A stretch of 64,000 nucleotides of DNA from Octopus vulgaris (taxonomy: Eukaryota). Below the pieces are notes generated by a model. It did not search any database and was not told the DNA's origin. It worked only from the letters and a program-made list of their open reading frames with translations. Below, piece by piece: positions 13,229 to 24,998 of the stretch. Positions within the stretch are counted from its first letter, which is position 1. Every line of letters starts with the position of its first letter. Where the stretch lies: assembly GCA_951406725.2 (NCBI GenBank), contig OX597820.1:120218001-120282000 (forward strand), given 5' to 3'. A program made the translations under genes and the position numbers.

Positions 13229-13498
13229 GTATTGTATCTGGCGAGAGTCATTCTCTTTGGGCCTTATTATTTAACACACCGCTTCGATTTCCACTCATAT
13301 ATTTATGTATTTTTTCTAAACTTTCCGTTGCGTCTTGCAACCTTTGGAATAGTCTGACAGAGTCGACGACTTCTGAAAAATTTTCAAGACGCAACGAGAA
13401 CTTTAGAAAAGATAAATAAGTAAATGACTGGAAATCGAATCGGTGAGTGTGTTTAATAATGAGGCACTAAAGAGAATGACTCTCGCCAAATACAATAC
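13229..13498. mobile_element. Unclassified MITE with ~110-bp imperfect terminal inverted repeats, inserted in (TA)n
   Basis: GTATTGTATCTGGCGAGAGTCATTCTCTTT... / ...AAAGAGAATGACTCTCGCCAAATACAATAC; the inverted match continues to CGTTGCGTCTTG / CAAGACGCAACG. Confidence 0.85.
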
Positions 13499-14478
13499 TA
13501 TATATATATGTGTGTGTATGTGTGTGTGTGTGTGTGTCTGTGTGAAATATATTTGCCACTTAAATATGGCGAACCAATAATGGTGGATGCTACGCTAGCT
13601 TGTACCCCAGGAGAACATGTTCTCCACCTGGCTATTGACACACTTAAATGTGTCAGTATTTGCAAAGGGAAGACTTCTTTCCCATCGTCGACCTGATATA
13701 TATATATATGTATGTATGTGCGTGTCTGTGCGTGCGTCCGCATGCATGTATGTGTATATGTATGTATGTATATATCTATGTATATATTGTAATCTATCTT
13801 TCAGCGCATCAGAACTCTGTTTATTGCAGGCTGGAGAAGCAGATGCCCGGTAAATATTAGGCATGAGTGGAGAATAGAAAACTCGGATTGGTGAACACCG
13901 TAACATAAACTCAAAGCAATGTAAACTTTGAAAGCTATTCACAAGTGTTACAGACGTTGCATATTTTGTAATCCCTCGAAATTACTGAAGAATATGATTC
14001 ACTGATGTAAACACGAAATATATCGATAAAATGTATATTAATGGCTGTATATATCAGACACATTTCTAACCCAGATATTTCCATTGTAATATTTGCCCTC
14101 ATTTTGTAAGCACTCGTTGAAAGATTGAAGAATACAATTAAAATCATGTTATCGGTGAAGCTTTTATGCAAACTGAAGGTAATGTAGCTTTGTAACTGAA
14201 GTCGATTACGAAAGATCTACCAACATCAGGAGCTATGAAGTTTCGTTCTACGCAAAGACGAATGTGCCGGGGAATACGCCTCAGCAGTTTCGCACGAACA
14301 CATTTCACACAAACTTTTTATTTATTTCCAAATCAGTCATACTTGCTTCAGAGTTATTAGAATGTACACTATCCTAAAGGTTCTAGTCCATTTGTAAACT
14401 AGTTTTGTTGCATTCGTACTAAGATCATTATCATTAATTTGCTTGTACCCCACCATCATGCCTATGTTACAAATGAAT

Positions 14479-14793
14479 AGTAACAAGTAATAATTTGCCT
14501 TTCATCCTTTCGGGGTCGATAAATTAAGTACCAGTTACGCACTGGGGTCGATGTAATCGTCTTAATCCCTTTGTCTGTCCTTGTTTGTCCCCTCTATGTT
14601 TAGCTCCTTGTGGCCAATAAAGAAATAAGTAACAAGTAATAATTTGCCTTTCATCCTTTCGGGGTCGATAAATTAAGTACCAGTTACGCACTGGGGTCGA
14701 TGTAATCGTCTTAATCCCTTTGTATGTCCTTGTTTGTCCCCTCTATGTTTAGCTCCTTGTGGCCAATAAAGAAATAAGTAACAAGTAATAATT
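14479..14793 (+). repeat. Tandem duplication (149-bp period) of a 5'-truncated SINE B plus its TSD
   Basis: AGTAACAAGTAATAATT at 14479, 14628 and 14777 brackets two SINE 3' fragments that differ at one base. Confidence 0.92.
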
Positions 14794-15170
14794 ACGTTAT
14801 TTCCACGCAGCATTTAAAAGTACTTCATCTATAATTTGTACGTGTGATAGTGTTCTTAATTTAAAAAGCAAAATAGTCCAATATTCTTTCACCTTATCGT
14901 TTGCTATAAACCGAATATCTATGATACTTCACCTGTAGAATAAATATTTTGTGTTTCTGAGTAGCAAGGAAAAAAAATCAATATCATTTGCAGTTTCGTC
15001 TGAGGTAATTTAACTTTGTGTTGTAGAGAAAATGGCGATATGGTTCTGGGAGCGGGTAAAGGCAGCTCTAGGCAGCTCTATTTATGCTTGTATAAATAAC
15101 ACCCTCACACAAAACATATACAATATAAAAAGATACACCACATATACGTACACAAAAACGTGGACTTACA

Positions 15171-15220
<50 letters not shown>

Positions 15221-15229
15221 GAGAGAGGG

Positions 15230-15318
15230 AAAAGTGTTGTCAGAATTTTGGAAAAAATTGTTTATTTCTGCATTATTTTTAGCAGATTTTTTCTCAAAAT
15301 TCTGACGACTTTTTTCTC
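15230..15318. repeat. Short inverted repeat / MITE-like hairpin between microsatellites
   Basis: GAAAAGTGTTGTCAGAATTTTGGAAAAAAT vs ATTTTTTCTCAAAATTCTGACGACTTTTTTC. Confidence 0.6.
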
Positions 15319-15390
15319 AATATTCAATTTCTGTACCTCACACCTAATACACACAGTCTCTCTCTCTCTTTCTCTCTCCCCCTCTCTCTT

Positions 15391-15422
<32 letters not shown>

Positions 15423-16175
15423 ATATATATATATATAAATACATATATATGCATATATATATGTGTTCATGTATACGTATATATATATGCGTGTGTGTGT
15501 CTGTGTGTATGTATATGTATGTATCTTTTACATCAACCAAAGTGGGAATGAGAGATTAACAGAAGGAATACTTGTATGATCATAAAAATTCGAGAAATAA
15601 GCGTACAAGAGGAAGGGACATGCAGTGTATTTCGGAGCGTGTTAATCGTAGTTTGTCTATAGAGCTTGTCATATGCCTTGCGCTCTCTTCATAATCAAAT
15701 TACTTCCAGTCAATTTCCCTCCAGCAGCAGACATGTTGGTTACCACCACTTTCGTTATAAGATAACCACAATCAAACCACATGACTCACGCAACATTGTA
15801 CGATATATATAATTGGCAAAAAGCAAAGCTAAGTTCACGATCACATAACTAGCGATGCCATCAGAATCTAGTCGTGCTTGTCAGCTGTAACCTAATCTTC
15901 GTTGAACTCTTCTTTGCTTCGGTTTCTACAACTTTTCCTCTTAGTTTTCATTTTTAACAATGCATACATTCATGCATCAACATATATGTACGTGCGTGCA
16001 TGCGTGTGAAGGTGTGTCTGCATCTATCATCCTCTCTCTCTCTGTCCTGTCTTTTACTGTTTATATTTTGTACTGTCGTTACTGTCCTGTTTTTGTTACC
16101 ATTTTTACCCCTTCGCAAAAAAATCTCAAATTATATTTAATTTGCTTTTCGCGGGAAGGAAAGTTTCATAAAAGT

Positions 16176-16236
16176 CATGTATCGCCTTGACCTTCGAAAC
16201 GTGGAGTAGATGAAACAAAGGCGACTGAAGAAGGCG
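16176..16236 (+). ncRNA. Candidate reverse-permuted (pseudoknotted) hammerhead ribozyme, copy A
   Basis: CATG-TA-TCGCCTT .. CCTTC-GAAA-CGTG .. AAGGCGA-CTGAAGA-AGG; 7-bp stem I, up to 6-bp stem III, intact core. Confidence 0.55.
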
Positions 16237-16451
16237 AATGTTCCTTGTATTGTATGTCCTGTACTCTATATTTTCGTTGCTTCAGAAAAATGTCCATTTC
16301 CTTGGTCTTCTGTTTATGTTTTCGTTTCTCATTGTGTTCGACGGTTTTTTTTTTGTGTCCTGTACCCATATATGCATGTATATATACATTTAGAGGTAGG
16401 TACGTACATATATGTATGTATATATGTATATGCTTTAATTATTCATTAATT

Positions 16452-16519
<68 letters not shown>

Positions 16520-16593
16520 AAAGAGAGAGAGATACATACACAGATAGAGATGTATCTACACAAGTCGGTATCACTATTGCCACCGACGAAGTT

Positions 16594-17442
16594 CTAGGAC
16601 ATGTCGGCAATGTCCCGTTTTTTCTTTTTCCTCCGCTTTTTTTTTCTTACTGAGGAAGGGTGGATTTCCTTCGTAACCGAGAGATCCACCTCCCTTCCCT
16701 CAGACCTAGGATCCCTCTGTGAGCAACCATTTTTGTTGAACTTCTTCATTTTGCGACCCTTCTTTGAGGATGCCTCCGCCTCGTCGACCGCCTCCATTCC
16801 CTCTTCTAGAGAGGTGCCAACCAACTGCTTCAGGATCCTGCTTTGGTCCTGGGGACAGATTCCAGGCATAGGTGACGCTTGGGGGGGGGGGCATTCTCAA
16901 GAATCATCGGGTAACTGCACCCAGCCATAGTTAAAAAGTCCGGGAAGACTAAATTATTTGCTGATTGGGTCTACAGGGTCAAAACCACTTTTGGCCAGAC
17001 CCGGTAACAGCTTTATACTAAGGAGCTTGATGCTGCTGCCACCCAAACCCCAGCGGATAGTGTCCTCTATCCATCCTGGTTCTATATTGGGTGGCAGCCC
17101 GCAGACCCAAGCCCTCGTCAATTTCCTCCCACGATATGCGGGAAAAAAAAATTATTGCTCTCCAGGGGCTGGCTCGGAAAAATACGAACCTCCTCTGGAT
17201 GTGTCAAACATCAAACAAATCGTTGCATATCCGACACCCAGGGCAATAAACTTTACAGTTGGCAGATAGTCTGCTAACTCCTTTTCAATTTCCTGCTTGG
17301 GTTAGACGGCAATGGTGTCGAAAACTTTCGAATACGTTCTCAAAACCACCGTCTTCTCCTCTTGCTGTTTAAGCCACTCTTTGGGTGGGATAATCTCCCA
17401 CTCCAAAGCAGTGATTTTCTTGTTCTTCTTGTTGTTCTTCAT
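16594..17442 (-). pseudogene. Decayed gag-like ORF1 of a non-LTR retroelement
   Basis: ATG at 17442: MKNNKKNKKITALEWEIIPPKEWLKQQEEKTVVLRTYSK...FPAYRGRKLTRAWVCGLPPNIEPGWI...degenerate zinc knuckle (RHLCLES), K/E-rich end; has stops and frameshifts. Confidence 0.55.
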
Positions 17443-17527
17443 GTTAGAAAAAAAAACAAAATGTCAATTCGCAGAGATAGTTCAGAAAAGTCTTTGAAGT
17501 AAACAGGGGAAGATAAAACAGTTTAGG

Positions 17528-17646
17528 AGCATGAAGCTCATTAGTATAAAGCTGTTACCGGGTCTGGTCAAAAGTGGTGTTGACCCTGTGGACCCAATCA
17601 GCAAATAATTTAGTCTTCCCGGACTTTTTAACTATGGCTGGATGCA
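17528..17646 (+). repeat. 119-bp inverted copy of 16916-17034
   Basis: Reverse-complement match with 6 mismatches counted by eye. Confidence 0.92.
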
Positions 17647-17955
17647 TATTGTCCCCGCAAAAATAAAGAGCGACATCGACCTCGGCAGCATTAGGTAGGG
17701 TACTAAGCACTTTGTCTTGAAACGGTAATGGAATATTCAGCATATGTAAATGTGATCTGCGAGTCTTGAAGCATGCTAATGTCATACATGTTGCTGGAAA
17801 TGTGGTTAGGTCAATATTCTTATGAATTCAGTAATATCTAGCTACAGCACCATGTTGATACCGATTATATTGTGTAGAAACTATAATATATATATGTTTA
17901 TGTGTATGTGTGTATTTGGCAACAAATTGTTTGTTAACTTCTATTCTCTCCACTG

Positions 17956-18371
17956 GGATCTTTTCGGTTTAAGCGGCAGTTTTCTCTAGTGGTGCCATAT
18001 GAAATTATCACCCATAATTATGACCCTAGTATCGATCTATTGCATTTCAATCTGTTTTAGGGTTAGGGGTTTGGGAAGGGTATATTTTTTTCTTCAGAAA
18101 TGTAAATAAACCCAATCTGTTTCTTAAACGAGGGACATATTCCTACGGCACAGAATGCTTTAACTTCAATAGACGATCATTGATTGGTTGGTTGAAATTG
18201 CTGAAATTGAAGAAAAAAAAACAACAAATAACTTACAAACCATAGAATTTTCTCAATAAAGCTGAGAGAAAAAGATGTTTTATAAACACATTCTACCAGT
18301 ACACGAAGTTTAAAATTTTTTTAGTTACCTAGAAATTAAGTTAAAAACTGCCCTTCAAACCGAAAAGATCC
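17956..18371. mobile_element. Merlin-like MITE, copy 1
   Basis: TIR GGATCTTTTCGGTTTAAGCGGCAGTTTTT / AAAAACTGCCCTTCAAACCGAAAAGATCC; perfect 8-bp TSD CTCCACTG (17948-17955, 18372-18379); internal TTAGGG motifs. Confidence 0.85.
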
Positions 18372-19506
18372 CTCCACTGCTCTTGAAAACTTATGGATAT
18401 CATGAAGGATAGTGTAACAAACAGCAGAAGTTTTCCCATCACAGTTATCAACGTTCGTTAAATTCTGAGCTGTTCGGTTTCTATTGCCAAAAGTTGTTTC
18501 CACTAATATTATCACTTCATCAGTCTCTGCAGGAAATCTATCGAACGATTCTATAATATTCTTAAACGTATCATAATGGGAGAATATCATTGAAGAAAAG
18601 GTAAGGATTTGGTTCCAATTGACTTGTTCGTATTCTAGCTTTGATCAGAAAATATTTCTCTGGAACGTATGGATCTTACTTCTTTCATACATAAATAAAA
18701 TAAAAACAAGTAACTCCAAATCCAGGTATTCCCTATTGATGGCCAAGAATGTATTTTGCTAGTCTTGATCTTGCTGTCTGTATTCTTCTTGTAGGTTTTG
18801 ATGCATTCCATTAAAAATTACTTCTGTGGTATTTCTGTTATTGAAAATATGCGATATAAATAAGTAATAAAACTTTTATTACATTTGTAACACAGGCGTA
18901 ACTGTTATAGCTTCAACTTTAATATAGCGAGGAAGATAAATTTTTTTCTTATCACCATGTTTCCCTGAAACATCAATAAAAAAGTACTAAAATTTCTTGA
19001 ATAATTAAAATTTTCAAATAGCAAAGTAGTGAAACCATATTACCACAAAAAAATCTAATAAACTATAAATATGTCTGTAAATATGTTGAGTAAAGAGAGA
19101 TAAGATCTTCAAGAGAAGGAGGTATTAAGAATTATGGACTATCAACGTATTACCTGAAAGAAATTAAAGAGAAAATGAAAAATACAAACAAGTTTATTAC
19201 GAAATAAAATTACAAGAAAAAACACGACAAAATTACGCATTAGCATAATTAATGTATGAGTAGTTAAAAACGAATGAATCAGTCAAAATAAAATCTCTAA
19301 CGAATATAAAGTGCATCTCTACAAGTTACGAAAGGAGTAAATGTCGGGATTGGTTGAGGTAGAAGAGTGATTGGTGATTGCGTTCTTGAGAGCTACTCTT
19401 AATCCTCACATTGCGTCACGTGAGACAACCTAAAATCGTATTCGTTTGTAACTATTATGTGAATAAAAGACATCTTCAAGAAGCTTATAACGAAAGTATT
19501 GCGAGT

Positions 19507-19912
19507 ACGCAGTAGTGGCTGTGTGGTAAGTAGCTTGCTAACCAACCACATGGTTCTGGGTTCAGTCCCACTACGTGGCATCTTGGGCAAGTGTCTTCTG
19601 CTATAGCCCCGGGCCGACCAATGCCTTGTGAGTAGATTTGGTAGACGGAAACTGAAAGAAGCCTGTCGTATATATGTATATATATATATGTATGTGTGTG
19701 TTTGTGTGCCTGTGTCATTGCTTGACAACCGATGCTGGTGCGTTTCCGTCGCCGTAACTTAGCGGTTAGGCAAAAGAGACCGATAGAATAAGTACTGGGC
19801 TTACAAGGAATAATTCCCGGGGTCGATTTGCTCGATTAAAGGCGGTGCTCCAGCATGGCCACAGTCAAATGACTGAAACAAGTAAAATAGAGTAAAATAG
19901 AGAAAATAGAGT
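19507..19912 (+). mobile_element. SINE family A, full length
   Basis: Colinear with family A; tail AGTAAAATAG repeats. Confidence 0.92.
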
Positions 19913-19965
19913 GTAAATACATGTGTGTATGTATATATTTATAAATATAATTATCAACATATATC

Positions 19966-20035
<70 letters not shown>

Positions 20036-20171
20036 ATATCTATCTATCTATCTGTCTGTCTATATATATATATATATATATATATCTGTCTATGTGTATA
20101 TGTATTTATCTATCTATGATCTATCTATCTATCTCTCTATCTATATCTATATTTATATATGTATATGTGTG

Positions 20172-20227
<56 letters not shown>

Positions 20228-22401
20228 CATGTTTATAATTTACTTGTTCCAGTCATTAGACTCTGGCCATGCAGTGGCTTCTTCCAATTTTCCTACATGA
20301 ATATATACACACCGTTTATAATGCCCCACTTTCGCATATACGCAGAGGCCTAAAAAAGTGCCCAATTTTGAAACAGAATTGAAGAAATATTTATTAACAA
20401 ACAGCCAACAGATACTAGCTTTATAATAAGCTAACTTTCAAATCTGTGTATACTAATCTAATTATCTCTAGAAGACTAAAGACCTACAACATTTACACCT
20501 ACCAAAATTCTTTTGTGAATATCAACATAGAAAACAAATAATTTTCTATGACAATACGACCATGACATGCCTGACTAATAATCCCCGCCTTACAAAAATA
20601 AACTGAAGATAACCTAAATAACAATAGCAGCAAGAAACCAAACGAACTAGCTAAAATGTACCACTTACATTACTTTCTAAAACCCAGAATAATTCCATTA
20701 TAAGGACATTTGACACTTTTAATTACTAAGAGTGTAAATATTGAACATTTTACCTTCACCCTTTTGCACTGGCAAAGCAAAGGGTGATCTGAAATAAATC
20801 AAAATTACGAAAAATTACTTATTTATCTTGTGCCTACAAAACAAGAGTGACACACCTATTCACTTGCTTACAAGTGACTACATACGCAAATAAAACGTTT
20901 ATTTCGGTGTATCAGCTTTAGGTCATGGGGATATTTTTTTATAGAAGTTGGCTTTACATATATCTTAAGATTTCAGACGAAAATGTAAATACGTGCCAAG
21001 TTTAGTAGGTTAGCAGATTTCTTTACTTCCTTTTAATTTTTCTTCAAATATCATTTAGAAGATTTAATCTGTTTGCCTTAAGAGCATGGAGTTTATTGTT
21101 CAAATTTAAGGTAGACTTGTAGACATTTCTAACTGTGTTTCTGCGTGTGCAAATGCTTCATGTCATAATGTGTTTTACTATAGAAATTTGTTTGAGATGT
21201 TTTAAGATTCGCAAGAGGACGTAGTTAGGTGATATAAGTTGGTCAGCAAATTTCTAACTAGGAGTTACCTGTTCCTAATGCTGTTAGATTTGTGTAACTT
21301 TTGTGTTTGGGGGCGATAAAATTTGTGCATCTTTTTACAAATCTTTCACGAGGTCATGCTAGTAAAGATATTTGTATCATTTTGGACCTAACTGTGTGCG
21401 TAAATATAGACCACTATAAACATACACATTTATATAAGCCAGGTTAATCACCACAAACTTTACACGTATGTATCTATATAAATACATGCATAGAGGAAAT
21501 TTTTCGCATATGCTTTGGATTAAAACATGTGAAAATTTATATAAGTTCTACTTACTGAAAAGTTTAAGGAGTCTTTACTGGAAAGTGGAAAGTGTCAATT
21601 GGAAATGTGTCAGCGTTGAGAAGATTTGTTTACAATAAAATACTAATTCAGAGTTTCTAAATTTGAGAATGTGGTGGAAGTAATCGGTACCGAGTTGGCA
21701 TAATTTTCAATTTCCCGGGTACAGTTGTCCATGTGAGAATATTTTTTCAATCAATGCTAAATGGGTAATTCTTTGGTATGAGTGTTCATATAGGTTTGTA
21801 TATTGAGGTGGGATTTTTTTTCTAATTTTGTCGATTTTATCATATAGAGCTTATATACGTAGATTTAGTATTGTTCATAGTTCGATTTACGCTTGTGTGT
21901 GTGCAGGTCGGTGGGCGTTTAAACGTAAATTTGTGCTTCAAAGCAGTGATAAATACAAGACCGATAGACGCAGCAAATACTGGTTATCTAGACGTTCACT
22001 TCAATCATTTGCATTGATGTATTTTGAAGAATATCCACACATTAGAACGTTCACTCTATGTTTTGTGACGATATAATTTAGTCGCTGACTGCCACTGAAA
22101 ATTTGCAATTCGGTTATAAGTTTGAATCCTTCCTCACTCGAGGTTTGTCAGCGTATAAAATTTCAATAATATGGAATTTCATTATCCAATTCCCGCTGGG
22201 AATGATTCTATTTGCAAAGTTTATGGATCATAGACTACAGCAGAAACGTACATACATACGATCCTGGAATGCGTAGTAGTTGCGATACACTTATTCCAGG
22301 AACTGATACTTAAACCATGAAATTGCATGCAAACACGCGCACATTCATACACACATACATGCAAAAATAAGACTATACCTATGTGTTTGTATGTATGTAT
22401 G

Positions 22402-22542
<141 letters not shown>

Positions 22543-22548
22543 CATGTA

Positions 22549-22612
<64 letters not shown>

Positions 22613-22713
22613 TAAAAACGGTAAGATAACAAACGAAAGAAAGAGACCTCAATATTATGTAAATAGAGGAAATTTGTCTATAAAATAATATGTTACAATT
22701 ACTCAATAGTCAA

Positions 22714-22774
22714 GATAAAACTCTGAGTTTCAGATGCCGAAGTGGAAATCCCCAACACCATCTCTTCGGTTATC
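22714..22774 (-). ncRNA. Minimal type I hammerhead motif, core CCGAAGA
   Basis: Minus strand: GATAA-CCGAAGA-GATG..CATC-T-GAAA-CTCAGAG-TT-TTATC; related copy at 46908-46965. Confidence 0.6.
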
Positions 22775-22788
22775 TGGTCATCTGAAAA

Positions 22789-22838
<50 letters not shown>

Positions 22839-23153
22839 GTTAAATTATGCAAATCTCTGTAAATGCTTATCAATATAGGATTCCATTATTCTATATTATC
22901 TAAGTATATGAACTATGTTTGTAATACAGGGCAATATAATGGAATTTGCACAAAATTATTATGGATCATACCAGCAGATTTACCAAGGAAGCATAATAAG
23001 GATTTAATGACACTAATACTAAAGTGTACTTAAAAATCAAATGCACTAAGTTTTAAATTTTAACTTATATTTCAAACAACATTTTCCCATATTACTTCGT
23101 ATTTAAAATTAAAAAACTACCATTCGATAAATTTTACAAATTTCATATTTTAT

Positions 23154-23243
23154 ATCTCTGAAAAGCAGAAGAGTTGTCTATAAATACTTATCAATATAGG
23201 ATTTCAGTATAGAGAGAGCATTTCTGCGAAACGATCGCAAGAT
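23154..23243 (+). ncRNA. Minimal type I hammerhead motif with long loop II, core CTGAAAA
   Basis: ATCT-CTGAAAA-GCAGAA..TTCTGC-GAAA-CGATCG(palindrome)-CA-AGAT. Confidence 0.6.
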
Positions 23244-23552
23244 GCTTTATAAACTTAATTCGAAATGTTTAAACTGTCATATTTATTATTATATATTTAT
23301 ACCTATACATATTTACATATATTTATAAATATTTATATTTTTAATTCAAGAATTATTTTACACATGTAAATTCTTTCTGAAGAATTTTCTAATAATGATT
23401 TCCCGATATTGATAATAATATATTTTATAAAATATATATAATCGGTCGTATTAAATACATTAATACTTTAATAGTATTAATAATCTGATGCAATAGAGCA
23501 CTCAATATAAATTCAGTATATAATTTTCTCATTGAATATATCTAACTGAAGA

Positions 23553-23605
<53 letters not shown>

Positions 23606-23661
23606 TTCGAAATGGAGGCGTGGCGTTCAATCAAATAATATAAATAATATATATTAATATA

Positions 23662-23700
<39 letters not shown>

Positions 23701-23730
23701 GGAATTAAACGGTGTTATTCGAATTCTTTT

Positions 23731-23819
23731 ACTTCCAACACATGTTTCGAAGATTTCACTGGTATGATTCCAAAGGAATAAAATGGTGTTAAACAATGTA
23801 GTCTTCTCTTCAGGGAAGT
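23731..23819 (-). ncRNA. Minimal type I hammerhead motif with canonical core
   Basis: Minus strand: ACTTCC-CTGAAGA-GAAGA..TCTTC-GAAA-CATGTG-TT-GGAAGT; 6-bp stem I, 5-bp stem II. Confidence 0.72.
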
Positions 23820-24746
23820 GAAGAAATGAATCTCCTCAATAAGACATTTTAACAGAAAATTATGGATATGTATAGTGATTAACTGAACGCTCTTAAGATT
23901 GTTTCAAAAAAACGTTAGAGGATATAACTTCCAATGTAGCCTTAGAAATGCTTTTCTTTCCTCCTTACATCTGTTTCGATGACATCATCTCTTTACCGTT
24001 TGCATATATTGATATATCCCTTGCTACACAGTTCTGTTAATCAGCAACCGATGTCCAGCCTCTTCTAAATCATCTGTATTTCCTCACGTCGACGATTGAT
24101 GCTCTACGTTTTGATTTCTTTTTCATAATTTCGGGAGAAAATTAGATATTCGCTAATTTCCCACTTTAAAGTTCGATTTCATTGTTACTTATCGTGCTTT
24201 CTCGTTGTGATTGTTCTCAGTTTATTATTTATCATAATTTCATCTAAGTATCTACGTATTCGCAATTACGAAGCATTTAAACATAGCTTCACCGCTCTTC
24301 TTTATCTCTCTCCTTCAAAGGATCACTTCTTTTCAGCCTTATCTATCGTTAAAGTTATGGTGGATGAAACAATAGTATCTATCTAAATATGTTTCGGTTT
24401 CATCGTACGATGTTATCGGGTTTCCTGTATATATCTCATCAACAAATTTTGTACACATTTACAGATCTCGCTGTAATATTCTTTGTTTAATTGCGAACCA
24501 CGTCTAAGTTGTCTTTCTTGGGAATTTGAAAATGTAACAATCAGGGTATGCTTTCAGCTGGGACTAGGTTGTGTACATACAATACGTAACTGGAGGAATT
24601 TTCCCATGGATACCGCTTCTGCGAGTCGCATCATAGTGTCCACCTGCCTCATTTGTGCGTATTTTATTGTATTGATAAATGTATCTAACTAAAACTTTCA
24701 GCGTCTAAACACATGGCTGTTTCCCATTGGCTTCGGTGTCACCAAT

Positions 24747-24782
<36 letters not shown>

Positions 24783-24998
24783 AGATAAATAAAAATATAT
24801 GCATACATACAAACATATATGTACGTACCTACATCTACATGTATATATACATGCATATATAAATAATTATACGGGAGTACAGGACATCACAATAAGACGT
24901 AGAAACGGAAAAAAACAAAAAAACAAAAAACAAGAAAACGGAAAACGAAAAACAAGAAAACGAAAAACAAATACAGGACGAGCTACACAAGGACAAAA

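Noticed and set aside
20330-21850. Possible decayed PLE coding sequence
   Set aside because: Only vague motif resemblance; no reading frame could be reconstructed.
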